From contig JACPKY010000002.1 of the NCBI GenBank assembly GCA_016186795.1, positions 925,892-989,891 of the forward strand: a stretch of DNA of 64,000 bases, written 5' to 3'. This stretch comes from Candidatus Gottesmanbacteria bacterium. GTDB taxonomy: Bacteria > Patescibacteriota > Microgenomatia > 2-02-FULL-39-11. Below, in pieces: positions 18,601 to 26,978 of the stretch. How positions within the stretch are numbered: the stretch's first letter is position 1; each line of letters begins with the position of its first letter. Made by a program: the position numbers and the translations under genes. The notes beneath the pieces are model-generated. The model saw only the letters and a program-made list of their open reading frames with translations, did not search any database and had not been told where the DNA came from.

Positions 18601-20831
18601 AAAATGCAGTTGGGCAAACCCCTGCAACAATTGCTCTTATTGAACGGCGCCGAAGAGAAATTGCTGCAAACGAGGTAAAACGAAATGAAACGCTAAGTCA
18701 ACTTTACGATTCTCGTATCGCTCCTCTACTTTCTCTAGATAGAGTAAGAACCGGAATGGTTGTCATGCAGACGTTCCAAAAGCTTTCTGATGATGCGCTC
18801 AATGGATTTGTTGAACTAACTCCATCACCATCTGGGGCTCATGAAGAACTGGTGACTACTTCAGCCGGCCGAATGGTGATTACCGAGGCAAGCCACGACA
18901 CACTTACGCGAACAGTGATCGAACGTGGGGCGCTTAAAACTGAAAACATCGAAGGCGTGCCAGGGGTATCTATTGAGATGCATGTGACATCACTTGGTAC
19001 TCCAGGAAGACTTGATACGACAGTTGTTCTTGATCGTGATCAAGGAGTGGGTGATCGGATTGCAAATAGAAATTCCGCAGATACACCGGATGAAATCAGA
19101 TATATTTTCCATGGTGAGCCAAATAGACGGAGAGAATTTGTTGATACTGCAGCATTTACCGATGACTTATGGAATCTTTTGCCTGACCAAAGAGGAGATG
19201 CGAGACGTTTAGGAGTACCAAACGAATTTCTTGATTGGGTATATGGGGTGAATAGTTCTGGGGGTACTCCGAAGCGGCCTGTTGCAGAACTTCGCACATC
19301 GGCAATCAATATGTCCAATATGCCCGATGTACGGGGAAACTTCCGAGGTGTACCTTTGGAAATGCAGGACTTTTTTTACTACTACGATGATGCACGGAGA
19401 AGAGCAACTGTTGACTTAAACACAGTGACGGATGATGTTATAGCCGATATTGGCCCAGCCGATCGTCGTGGGGCTCTTGCTTCTGGTTTGCCTCAAGAGT
19501 TTGTCGATTTATTCTATAACCTTGATACGCCGGGAACTGTCAGATCTCTTGCCGATGTTCAAACGGCACTTGGTACAGTTACCGATGCAATGCTACAAAA
19601 TCTTCCTGATAGTAGAGTTGATGCGCTTAGTGAGGGATATCCGCAGCAATTTGTTGATTTTTTCTACGGCTCGGATATTCCTGGCGGGAAAAGGACCGTT
19701 ACTGCTTTGGAAAACATGGCAGGGACTGCAACCCTTGATGCTACTCAGTTTCCATCAACAGCTCAAATGGCTCGGAATATGGGGTGGTCAAATGACGTTG
19801 TGAATTTACTGTATGATCAGGCAAGCGGAGATTTACTCGATGATGATGGACTTACTGATCTTCTAGAAAATCGTGCACAGGATTTACTTAATGTGATGGG
19901 TCCGGCTGATCGAAATGCAGCTGTCGGGATGCCACAAAGTCTTATTGATATCGTCTATGCAGAAAATCAGCCAGGTAGAAAAAGGGTGGCTGCAAACGTA
20001 CGAGCCGATGCAGGAACTATCACTCCTGCACTTCTTGGCGCACTTCCTGCCGATCGACAGGGTGCACGGACTGAAGATTATCCCGATGAGATTGTTAGAC
20101 TTTTTTACGAAGCAGACAGAGCAGGGACGAAAAGAAACTTAGCAGAAGTTCAAGCGGCTTTACCGGGAGCTGCATTTCGTATCGATCAACTTCCTGAACT
20201 TGGGAATGCTTTAATCAATGGAGGTATTTTAGGTACAGATGCCTGGAGGTTTTTTTACAACCAAGTGACCGATATTAGACGGACAAATAGAAGTATCGAC
20301 GTATTTATCGAAGGACTTCCGGATGACCGTGTCAATGCACCTCCAGGGTTTGGGACTGCTTTAGACGTTCTCTATGATGCGACATCAGGGAAGAAGAGAA
20401 GTCTCCAAGATCTCCGAAAAATTCCACTCCATCGACAAGGGACATTTGGACGTGTCGAGTCACTTCTTGATAATCTTGGGATGGGTCCCATCGTTTATGA
20501 CCAGTTTGCCCAAGAAATTACCATGGGTGTTGCACAGATGGATGCTGTATCTCAGTCGAGACTTCTTGGAGACAGATTCCAGGAAGTTGTTGCTGGGAAT
20601 TTTCGAGTATACCTCATGAATGGTCAGTTGGGGATATATTTCCGTGATCCTCCCGATCCTGCGCTTCCAGAAAGAGTATCACATCGAATGTCGCTTCATC
20701 AATTTATCCAGGCCGATACCTACCCTCCAGAAGTCGGTGCCTATCTTACTCAAAATCCCGGAATAAAACGCGGAATTCTCATTAATACCGCACCGGCAAT
20801 TATTGAAGCTGTTCGAAATATATCGGTATAA
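15612..20831 (+). CDS. Giant 1739-aa protein: coiled-coil-rich N-terminal two thirds, one probable TM segment (about aa 340-365), C-terminal array of about nine tandem repeats of roughly 46 aa (LPxxRxxA..G.PxEFVDxFY...PGxKR)
   Basis: Uninterrupted ORF. Repeat units read directly between about 19180 and 20430. Composition GC-elevated (about 50%) versus the flanks. Confidence 0.6.
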   Translation: MSSSSADAIHHQPFPATVAESVPSTPVNQVNQAGWQTAEPQRPQFGAYERGRIVPGANREAGVTPHTVVELGLDTELELFDSLEEIVSFLDKSDNKDALSLLSEVMKEKMVDLRDRAAALSLERKDIEERKAIEEEYEEAVRQTARQRLGFNYEARNRTTRDDKLKKLNKKIERRRKAIEEYNKTRPGETPTPGEKPKKVPRELEELISDHNLGLSDLTPEDLKTRLEAYLKKDRKPLQIFDNLTDVMQAYSFLESAEKIVALQAGQDITDGGRRPVEFDFSDATINRVAQAGVPNTTVQALRDIGRRIRIGDVFGVQELIAGLSVGTVEALMNAHNFWPAPGDAAQAGAAFALGVGSMLFVRAVGRRMNHWRLSFPPERAEQRTQYTLQFHFIQPPPGDGGNPLRRMYGGDARRAEQFLQAIDNVRVDIANKLKVHPGQLEGWLNLSSAALGESVEGMEFPHRVVLAKNIEQILAQEHRNATGGHIPLEELSAEEQIEVIERAFDGVALAIGGEAMDDVTKNAAIRRMMGEVNWAQRRNVLATHVAEIRAGTRVYHASVTPHALEEARTQFEAAEKQEARQSQGKDAYGAKYTELQNQLRTLETARIELENISTINGHITRDVTVKGRKVHEDASGEIGVLEAEKTRIDGEITKLKGEIDATNANGLEGQYKQAKRRYETLHGKVEALKSKKQAAQAEIDTLQRGRDRAKAAKIAQWESIRDQAEQNLTTAPSGQKTLEEQEDDAYLAFVPLKDQYEPKTAEVGRLQQRQNAIPGEIQAFERAIAEKEKLYRVAQLNYTLAQKEVLTILQDFGYKYTPAQLRSSSLRLPTSQMITDKYTELHVEYQVKQNRLTELVRLAEAGVSEEDLRIATLIETLSGVVGSDRLNSFMQQLLSRGIKLEDLANTQNNEGYHLMLKFFFGEDALTQGKDGKYARATTLLSKARLCDEAFKIWRIDDRASGDGFFAGDDEGLQLYQNARFIFETNRRLTQEVFNLENAVGQTPATIALIERRRREIAANEVKRNETLSQLYDSRIAPLLSLDRVRTGMVVMQTFQKLSDDALNGFVELTPSPSGAHEELVTTSAGRMVITEASHDTLTRTVIERGALKTENIEGVPGVSIEMHVTSLGTPGRLDTTVVLDRDQGVGDRIANRNSADTPDEIRYIFHGEPNRRREFVDTAAFTDDLWNLLPDQRGDARRLGVPNEFLDWVYGVNSSGGTPKRPVAELRTSAINMSNMPDVRGNFRGVPLEMQDFFYYYDDARRRATVDLNTVTDDVIADIGPADRRGALASGLPQEFVDLFYNLDTPGTVRSLADVQTALGTVTDAMLQNLPDSRVDALSEGYPQQFVDFFYGSDIPGGKRTVTALENMAGTATLDATQFPSTAQMARNMGWSNDVVNLLYDQASGDLLDDDGLTDLLENRAQDLLNVMGPADRNAAVGMPQSLIDIVYAENQPGRKRVAANVRADAGTITPALLGALPADRQGARTEDYPDEIVRLFYEADRAGTKRNLAEVQAALPGAAFRIDQLPELGNALINGGILGTDAWRFFYNQVTDIRRTNRSIDVFIEGLPDDRVNAPPGFGTALDVLYDATSGKKRSLQDLRKIPLHRQGTFGRVESLLDNLGMGPIVYDQFAQEITMGVAQMDAVSQSRLLGDRFQEVVAGNFRVYLMNGQLGIYFRDPPDPALPERVSHRMSLHQFIQADTYPPEVGAYLTQNPGIKRGILINTAPAIIEAVRNISV

Positions 20832-20839
20832 TATCTAGT

Positions 20840-21220
20840 ATGACTGTCAATTTCGTTGCCTTACTGAAACTTGCCAATTTTCCCAAAGAGAAAATTGAAG
20901 CGCTCATGAAAAATATTGACTATGTGACTGAAGATGAGAAGTTTCGCCTTTCTAATCTTGCGTGGTACTTTATATCCAATAAATATTTCCTTCGGCTTTC
21001 CCTGGAGGAAAGGAAAGTTTTACAAGAGGTCAAGGAAGGGAAACGGGTATACAACCCAAGCGATTTGGAAGAAATAAAAGCCCGACTTACTCATGAATTA
21101 GCACAGAGCCTTCAAGCAGCAGATACCCAGCAGTCAATGGAGGATATCCGAAAGCAGCTAGAGATGCACAAGACAAAACCTCTTCCGGTTGATTCCTCTC
21201 CTCTACCGCAGAAAAAGTAA
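20840..21220 (+). CDS. Hypothetical 126-aa protein
   Basis: ORF directly downstream of the giant gene. No recognisable domain. Confidence 0.35.
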   Translation: MTVNFVALLKLANFPKEKIEALMKNIDYVTEDEKFRLSNLAWYFISNKYFLRLSLEERKVLQEVKEGKRVYNPSDLEEIKARLTHELAQSLQAADTQQSMEDIRKQLEMHKTKPLPVDSSPLPQKK

Positions 21221-21311
21221 CTCACGATTTTTCTGGAGGGATTGTCCATTTCGGATTTTTTCAGAAACTATTCGCTTCCGATTTCTGCAAACATCTGCTA
21301 CTCTAAAAGGT

Positions 21312-21746
21312 ATGGCAAATCTTATTGTCCATACCGACGGTGGTGCCAGGGGTAATCCCGGATCTGCGGCAATTGGGGTGGTGATCCAAACTACTTCCGG
21401 AAATATTTTGCACCAAGTTTCCCGAACGATTGGCGAAACGACAAATAACATTGCAGAGTATCAGGCAGTCGTTGAAGCATTGACGTTTTTGCAGGAAAAT
21501 ATTCCGAACGCGACATTCAGTCACATTGATGCAATCAAATTTTTCCTCGACTCAACGCTTGTCGTAAATCAATTGAATGGACTTTTTAAAGTGAAGGAAC
21601 CAATGCTTCGGGAGTACCTTCTCAAAGTCCGTACACTTGAACAAGGTATCGGCAAACCTATCACCTATACATATGTTCCTCGGGAAAAAAATGCACATGC
21701 AGACAGACTTGTCAATAACGCATTGGACGGACAAAGATACTTCTGA
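21312..21746 (+). CDS. rnhA: Ribonuclease HI
   Basis: MANLIVHTDGGARGNPGSAAIGVV...NNIAEYQAVVEALTF...REKNAHADRLVNNALD, the RNase H DEDD fold motifs. The ORF-track start 21189 is an upstream extension; ATG at 21312 is preceded by AAAAGG. Confidence 0.8.
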   Translation: MANLIVHTDGGARGNPGSAAIGVVIQTTSGNILHQVSRTIGETTNNIAEYQAVVEALTFLQENIPNATFSHIDAIKFFLDSTLVVNQLNGLFKVKEPMLREYLLKVRTLEQGIGKPITYTYVPREKNAHADRLVNNALDGQRYF

Positions 21747-21803
21747 AATGGAAATATACCACTCACAATTGAAATTGTTACGGGTATAACTCCTTCTAGA
21801 CTG

Positions 21804-21822
21804 ATCCCGATTTAATCGGGAT
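21804..21822. repeat. 19-bp palindrome ATCCCGATTTAATCGGGAT (8-bp arms), 25 nt upstream of the DUF4012 gene start; copy 1 of 2
   Basis: Read directly. A near-identical inverted copy lies at 35455-35472. Confidence 0.5.
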
Positions 21823-21846
21823 ACAGAAAGAAGGGTATAACTGCCT

Positions 21847-24240
21847 ATGAGACGGAAAAAAATTATTGAATCACTTCCCGCATCTTATTCTCCTCATGTG
21901 CTAATTATTGGCGGAGAAAAAATTGCTCTCAAACTTGACACTCGCCTTACTGAAAACGGATGTGTTGTCAAGAAAGAATCACATTCATACGCACCGCTTG
22001 CCGGGAAATATGATTACATTTTCCAATTTGGAGATTTTGCAACATCTCTTACCCGGAAACAGAACAATCTTCTTCCCGGAGGGAAATTTCTTTTTATTGA
22101 CGTTGATAGTGAAGACATTGAGGAAGTGGAGGCGATGCGTATTCTTCGTACCGGACAACTGGACTTTTGGGATGAAGAAAAACTTCTCCAAACAGTGTTA
22201 CGACTTATGTTTTCACTATCCTCAGGTCCAATTGTTGATGTCCGCAAAGCAGTTCTGAAAAAAACAACTCCAAAATCTTCAGAAGCAACTTTGATCCATG
22301 AGTTGCCGCACGTTTCAAAATCTGATGTTGCGCTTCTCTCTCCTGCACATCCTTCATCTGCAAAGAAGCACATTCCAGATGTTGTAAGAAAAACGAGATT
22401 CCCATTCGGATGGAAGGGTGGTATCTTTGGTCTCTTCCTTCTCTTCCTCTTTGTACTTATCGGTCTAACGGGATGGTATGTGATGCAAGCTCATCGTATC
22501 TACCTTTCATTTCGAGATCATGTCGAGACATCGAAGTGGGAATTGGCGGTTGAAGATATTAGAAACGCGAGAAGTCTTTTGGCTGTTGGGAAACAAGTCT
22601 ATTCCCTGACATCTGGTCCTCTCTTTTTCCTTGAGAGTTGGGAACCGTATCAAAATGTGGGGACATTTTTTGAAACAGGAGATCTGCTCCTTTCGACTTC
22701 TCACGATATCATCACGACTTCTATAGCTATTTCGAATGAGGGAAAGTCCGGTTTTGGTGGAATTTCGCCGTCAAATTACAAAATGTTAAAGGACAAGATT
22801 CTAAAGCTTTCCAAAACACTTGTTGATGCTCATAAGCAAGTGGAGAGAGTATCATTTCCAGGTTTTCCCAAAGAGGATATGACAACGCTTCTTACCAGAT
22901 CTTCGGAAAAATTAACAGCAGCTCTTTCTATCATGCCTTTTTTGGAAGAAGTATTTTTCCGTCCTGAAGCTCGTACGTATCTTCTTCTTTTTCAAAACAA
23001 CATGGAACTTAGGCCAACCGGAGGATTTATTGGTTCCTATGCCCTTGTCATTGTGAAGGGAGGGGAAATATCAAGTTTTACTATCGAAGATGTCTATGCA
23101 GCTGATGGTCAGCTGAAAGGTCATGTTGATCCCCCAAATGCGATACGAAAGTATTTGAATCAGCCCCATTATTATTTACGCGACAGTAACTTCGATCCGG
23201 ATTTTGCAGTATCAGGGGCAAAAGCTGCATGGTTTCTCCAGCAGGAAATAGGCGTGAAGGTCGACGGAGTCATCGCTATCAATTCAACATTTCTTCAGAA
23301 ATTACTGACAGTTACCGGAGGACTTACACTTTCTGATTTCGCAGGGGAAGAAGTGACCAGTGAGAACTTTTTCCTCAAGTCATATAGTCTTGTCCAAGGG
23401 AATTTTTTTCCTGGATCAACGCAAAAAAAAGACTTTTTAACTGCAGTATCTCAGGGGCTTCGCTTCCGCATAGAGCATGATCCATCGCTCTGGTTAGATC
23501 TTCTCCCTGTTATCAAGGAGTCTTTGGAAGATAAACATATTCAGCTCTATTCCTTTGATGAGACTTTCCAGAAGTACATTGAAGAACAGGGCTACGGTGG
23601 ACGGATGTCCCAGATCCAGTGTTTGACCGTTCCGGTACAAGAAAATATTCCGGTAGAAAAATCATGTCTTGCTGATTACCTTGCAATTATTGAGGCAAAT
23701 TTGGGAGTGAATAAAGCAAATTATTTCATCAATAAATCAGTATCGATTGAAAAACGTATTAGCCCTTCTGGGGAAATTAAAACCGATCTGACACTTTCGT
23801 ACGAGAATGCCAACATTCCCGAGGTGTATTCATCGGGAACGTACGTGAATTATCTGCGGATTTTCTTACCCATCGGATCGACAGTTGATTCTGTCTCTGT
23901 CAATACGAGTTCTATTGCCAGAGAGAATCTTGATGTGGAAAACTATGGCACCGATAAGGTTTCTATCGGAACTCTTGTAAATATTGCCCCAACGAATAAA
24001 GCAATCTTGAAAATTTCCTACTCGCATCCTTCTCTTCTTGACGCAAAGCGAGATTCATATCAGTTCCTCTTTCAAAAGCAGTCAGGAGATAAACTCTCAC
24101 CTCTTGTGCTTTCTCTTCATTATCCCGATGGAAAAGCGGTAACTGCGCTTAACTTTACCTCATCGGGAGGGAGAAAAAACGAAATTTATTATACGACTGA
24201 TACATCGGTGGATCGAATTTTTGCTTTTGGGACGAAGTGA
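21847..24240 (+). CDS. DUF4012-like membrane-anchored extracytoplasmic protein
   Basis: Single TM (GIFGLFLLFLFVLIGLTGWYV) followed by a large domain containing NMELRPTGGFIGSYA, which I recall as characteristic of DUF4012. Confidence 0.5.
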   Translation: MRRKKIIESLPASYSPHVLIIGGEKIALKLDTRLTENGCVVKKESHSYAPLAGKYDYIFQFGDFATSLTRKQNNLLPGGKFLFIDVDSEDIEEVEAMRILRTGQLDFWDEEKLLQTVLRLMFSLSSGPIVDVRKAVLKKTTPKSSEATLIHELPHVSKSDVALLSPAHPSSAKKHIPDVVRKTRFPFGWKGGIFGLFLLFLFVLIGLTGWYVMQAHRIYLSFRDHVETSKWELAVEDIRNARSLLAVGKQVYSLTSGPLFFLESWEPYQNVGTFFETGDLLLSTSHDIITTSIAISNEGKSGFGGISPSNYKMLKDKILKLSKTLVDAHKQVERVSFPGFPKEDMTTLLTRSSEKLTAALSIMPFLEEVFFRPEARTYLLLFQNNMELRPTGGFIGSYALVIVKGGEISSFTIEDVYAADGQLKGHVDPPNAIRKYLNQPHYYLRDSNFDPDFAVSGAKAAWFLQQEIGVKVDGVIAINSTFLQKLLTVTGGLTLSDFAGEEVTSENFFLKSYSLVQGNFFPGSTQKKDFLTAVSQGLRFRIEHDPSLWLDLLPVIKESLEDKHIQLYSFDETFQKYIEEQGYGGRMSQIQCLTVPVQENIPVEKSCLADYLAIIEANLGVNKANYFINKSVSIEKRISPSGEIKTDLTLSYENANIPEVYSSGTYVNYLRIFLPIGSTVDSVSVNTSSIARENLDVENYGTDKVSIGTLVNIAPTNKAILKISYSHPSLLDAKRDSYQFLFQKQSGDKLSPLVLSLHYPDGKAVTALNFTSSGGRKNEIYYTTDTSVDRIFAFGTK

Positions 24241-24245
24241 TTCCC

Positions 24246-25121
24246 CTACTTTGGAGGTGGGAGTGGAATACCTGAAAACGGTTGCGATTTCTGGTTTTGA
24301 TTTCTGAGAGCCTGGATCATGACCGATGAGGTGAGAAGCTTGTGGGGTGTTTGAGTCGGAAATAGTTCTGAGAGAATATAGAGGAGTTCTGAGAAACCTT
24401 CTTCCGATGATGCTTTTTGGGAAACAGTTTTGAAAGATGAATCAATCGGTTCACGAAGAAGGATTAGACGAGAGAGCGCGAATTTCTCAAGAGCTACTCT
24501 GCGGTGTAAATATTCTTCCTGCTTTAAAAGTTTTTGCATTTCTTCCTCAATTGCTTTTAGAAATTTTGCAAAATTACTGGTTGCAAGGAAGGGATGGGAT
24601 TTTTCAAGCTCGGTTGACGGCCGATTTTTTTGTAATCTTTCTTGTGGAATAAAATCGTTTGAGATTTCTTCAAAGAGTACCTTTTCTCGGTTTGATACTC
24701 TACTTCCTATTTGTTTGATTCCGAGATTAACTCCCTTGAGACTTTCTCGTATCGCAATACTTATAAGATACAGGATAGAAGTGACTCGCTGAAGATTTTG
24801 TGTGGCGACACGAATTTGATCACGTTCGATACTTGTTGGAATTGATTCGATAGTGAAGCGTGTTTTGGCTGAAGGTGTATAGATTTCTTGGATTGCGTCG
24901 TCAGAGAATTGAACAAGAGATTGTGCATTTTGCCCAAAAAAAGGATCGTCTATATTTTTCTTCACCTGTTCCCAGATATAGCGAAGATAGACAGGAAATG
25001 GCGCAAGGTATTGGAAAATCAACGGCACCGTTTCCGTTTGAAGCGCCTTTTTAATGCCAGTATAAATCGGGGTAATCTCGGCAGACTCTTTTCCTTCAGG
25101 AATTGGTGTTACAGAAAGCAT
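24246..25121 (-). CDS. Hypothetical 291-aa protein
   Basis: ORF only. No recognisable motif. Confidence 0.4.
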   Translation of the reverse strand: MLSVTPIPEGKESAEITPIYTGIKKALQTETVPLIFQYLAPFPVYLRYIWEQVKKNIDDPFFGQNAQSLVQFSDDAIQEIYTPSAKTRFTIESIPTSIERDQIRVATQNLQRVTSILYLISIAIRESLKGVNLGIKQIGSRVSNREKVLFEEISNDFIPQERLQKNRPSTELEKSHPFLATSNFAKFLKAIEEEMQKLLKQEEYLHRRVALEKFALSRLILLREPIDSSFKTVSQKASSEEGFSELLYILSELFPTQTPHKLLTSSVMIQALRNQNQKSQPFSGIPLPPPK

Positions 25122-25133
25122 GGTTCTATTGTA

Positions 25134-26309
25134 TCAAAACGAGCCCTCTTTATTTTCTGAAATAGAGGTAAGGAGAGCTTCACCTTGTTTGCGAAGCTCA
25201 GTATTTCCAGATGCTTCCATCGCTGTAATAAAATCCAGTATGGCACTTGTTGAAATTTTCTTATCCTGATTGGAGGAAGCAAAAATCGAGAGAAAGTCGA
25301 AATAGAGTTGGTCTCGAAGTATCCCGTCTTCAATCTGAAGCCAGAGTTTTTGGTTATAGATTGTCGAAATAGTTTTATACGCCGCGCTATAGTTTTTCTT
25401 GTCAAGATAGTACTTCCCTTTGGATACAGTTGACCGAAGTGACGCGGAAAGACTCGCTTGGTAAGACAAGAAATCTTCATCGTTTTCCATATTTTCTGCG
25501 GTTTGATTTGTTTCGTAGTGAATATCTCGTGTTTTGGGAGTACCAGGAGGTTTTGTCACCAATTCTATTCCTCCAGGTTTTTTAAACTCACCTGATTTGA
25601 CGATTTCCTCAAGGTAGGCATGTGCTGTTTCGAAGTCTAAATCCGTATCGATTGTTTTGTAGAGAAGGTATTGGATGGGCTTTGGAAGAGACAGAATCTG
25701 TTCAAGTCGTGTTGTGATCATATCTTTTATAAACAATGCCTGGTTGTGACTTCGTTGGTAGTCCCCTATTGCATACCTTCTGCTTCGCAAAAATTGAAGT
25801 GTATCGTAGACTGGAAGCTTGAGCGTTCGAAAAACTCCAAGAGCCTGAGAGAAACCTATTTTTACCACAAAGTCTGGATGAATGCCGGTTATTTTTTCAA
25901 TATAGGGAATTGTTTGTGGGATTCCAATAAGATGGCAAGAAATACTAATATACGATGGTTGGTCAGGTGCTTCGGAGAGTATACGCGTGCCTCGAGGAAC
26001 TGATGTGATCCGAATTGTTCCGAGGGAGGGAGAAAGTGTTAGGATGTGGATTGCGTCACATCGAGGTCGAGCGTCTCCTTTCCGGGAATCAAGGCCCAGA
26101 AGGAGAATATGAATCGGAGGCAGAGTTTTTTTGATTTCTGGTGACTCCGTACTGGCAGAATTAGGTGATGAAGTAAGATGCGGAGTTTGCGAGTAACTTT
26201 CAGGTAAAGGGCTTACGGGCTGAGATTTTGGAAAAGGGGACTGAAGAGTATTCGTAAGTAATGAGAAGATGAGGAGAAGCCGCGTAAAAAAAAACTGCAA
26301 CTGCGACAT
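25134..26309 (-). CDS. LytR-CpsA-Psr (LCP) family cell-envelope phosphotransferase
   Basis: N-terminal TM anchor, then ILLLGLDSRKGDARPRCDAIHILTLSP...IRITSVPRGTRI, the LCP core. Start taken at the M of MSQLQFFF (26309); the ORF track extends to 26342. Confidence 0.75.
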   Translation of the reverse strand: MSQLQFFFTRLLLIFSLLTNTLQSPFPKSQPVSPLPESYSQTPHLTSSPNSASTESPEIKKTLPPIHILLLGLDSRKGDARPRCDAIHILTLSPSLGTIRITSVPRGTRILSEAPDQPSYISISCHLIGIPQTIPYIEKITGIHPDFVVKIGFSQALGVFRTLKLPVYDTLQFLRSRRYAIGDYQRSHNQALFIKDMITTRLEQILSLPKPIQYLLYKTIDTDLDFETAHAYLEEIVKSGEFKKPGGIELVTKPPGTPKTRDIHYETNQTAENMENDEDFLSYQASLSASLRSTVSKGKYYLDKKNYSAAYKTISTIYNQKLWLQIEDGILRDQLYFDFLSIFASSNQDKKISTSAILDFITAMEASGNTELRKQGEALLTSISENKEGSF

Positions 26310-26454
26310 AGAGAAATTTCCTCCATTGTAGCGCATTTCCATCCCAGCAAATATATACGGAAAAAAAGTTTCTTCTCTCGCAATTGAAGTTACCGAAAAG
26401 GATTTTTCCCGCGCTTTTGCAAAAGTTCACGAGACAGGACTTGTTGAACTTACT

Positions 26455-26976
26455 GTGGGAAGTGAGAAACGCCCAGTTCTTATTCATAATGTTCAATACA
26501 ATCCGGTCACCAACTCCCCTCTCCATGTTGATTTTTTCCAAGTTGATCTAAAAGAAAAAGTTGCGGCAAAAGTTCCAGTTGAGCTGCTAGGTTCATCACC
26601 GGCTGTCAAAGATAAAGTCGGAGTCCTTCTTACACTTCTTGGAGAAATTGAGGTTGAAGCACTCCCAGCTGATCTTCCAGAAAAAATCACTGTTGACGTA
26701 TCACGCCTTTCAAAAGTCGATGACGTTATCAAAGTCTCTGACCTTTCGATCCCTTCGAAAGTAAAAGTTTTGACAGATAGTGCAAGTGAAATTGTGAAAG
26801 TAGCTCCTCTTGTTTCGAAAGAAGCTGAAGCGTTGGCGAAAGAAGAGGCAGAAAAGGCAGCTGCAGCAGCAGCTGCCGCTGCCGCAGAAGCTCCGTCTGT
26901 CGAAGCTCCCCCCGCACCCGGAGAATCCCCTGCTCCAGCTGAAAAACCAGCAGGTGAAGCGCCTAAAAAGGAATAA
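26455..26976 (+). CDS. rplY: 50S ribosomal protein L25 / general stress protein Ctc, long form with Ala/Pro/Glu-rich C-terminal tail including a run of 9 Ala
   Basis: GLVELTVGSEKRPVLIHNVQYNPVTNSPLHVDFFQV plus the Ctc-type C-terminal domain. L25 homology (IPANIYGKKVSF) continues in frame upstream to 26332, but no ATG is available there and an in-frame TAG lies at 26329. The true start is uncertain. Confidence 0.7.
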   Translation: MGSEKRPVLIHNVQYNPVTNSPLHVDFFQVDLKEKVAAKVPVELLGSSPAVKDKVGVLLTLLGEIEVEALPADLPEKITVDVSRLSKVDDVIKVSDLSIPSKVKVLTDSASEIVKVAPLVSKEAEALAKEEAEKAAAAAAAAAAEAPSVEAPPAPGESPAPAEKPAGEAPKKE

Positions 26977-26978
26977 AA

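Noticed and set aside
26209-26262. Weak RF..R..L..IR similarity to the L25 N-terminus in the rplY frame upstream of the TAG
   Set aside because: Separated from the conserved part by three stop codons and lies antisense to the LCP coding region. Judged coincidental.
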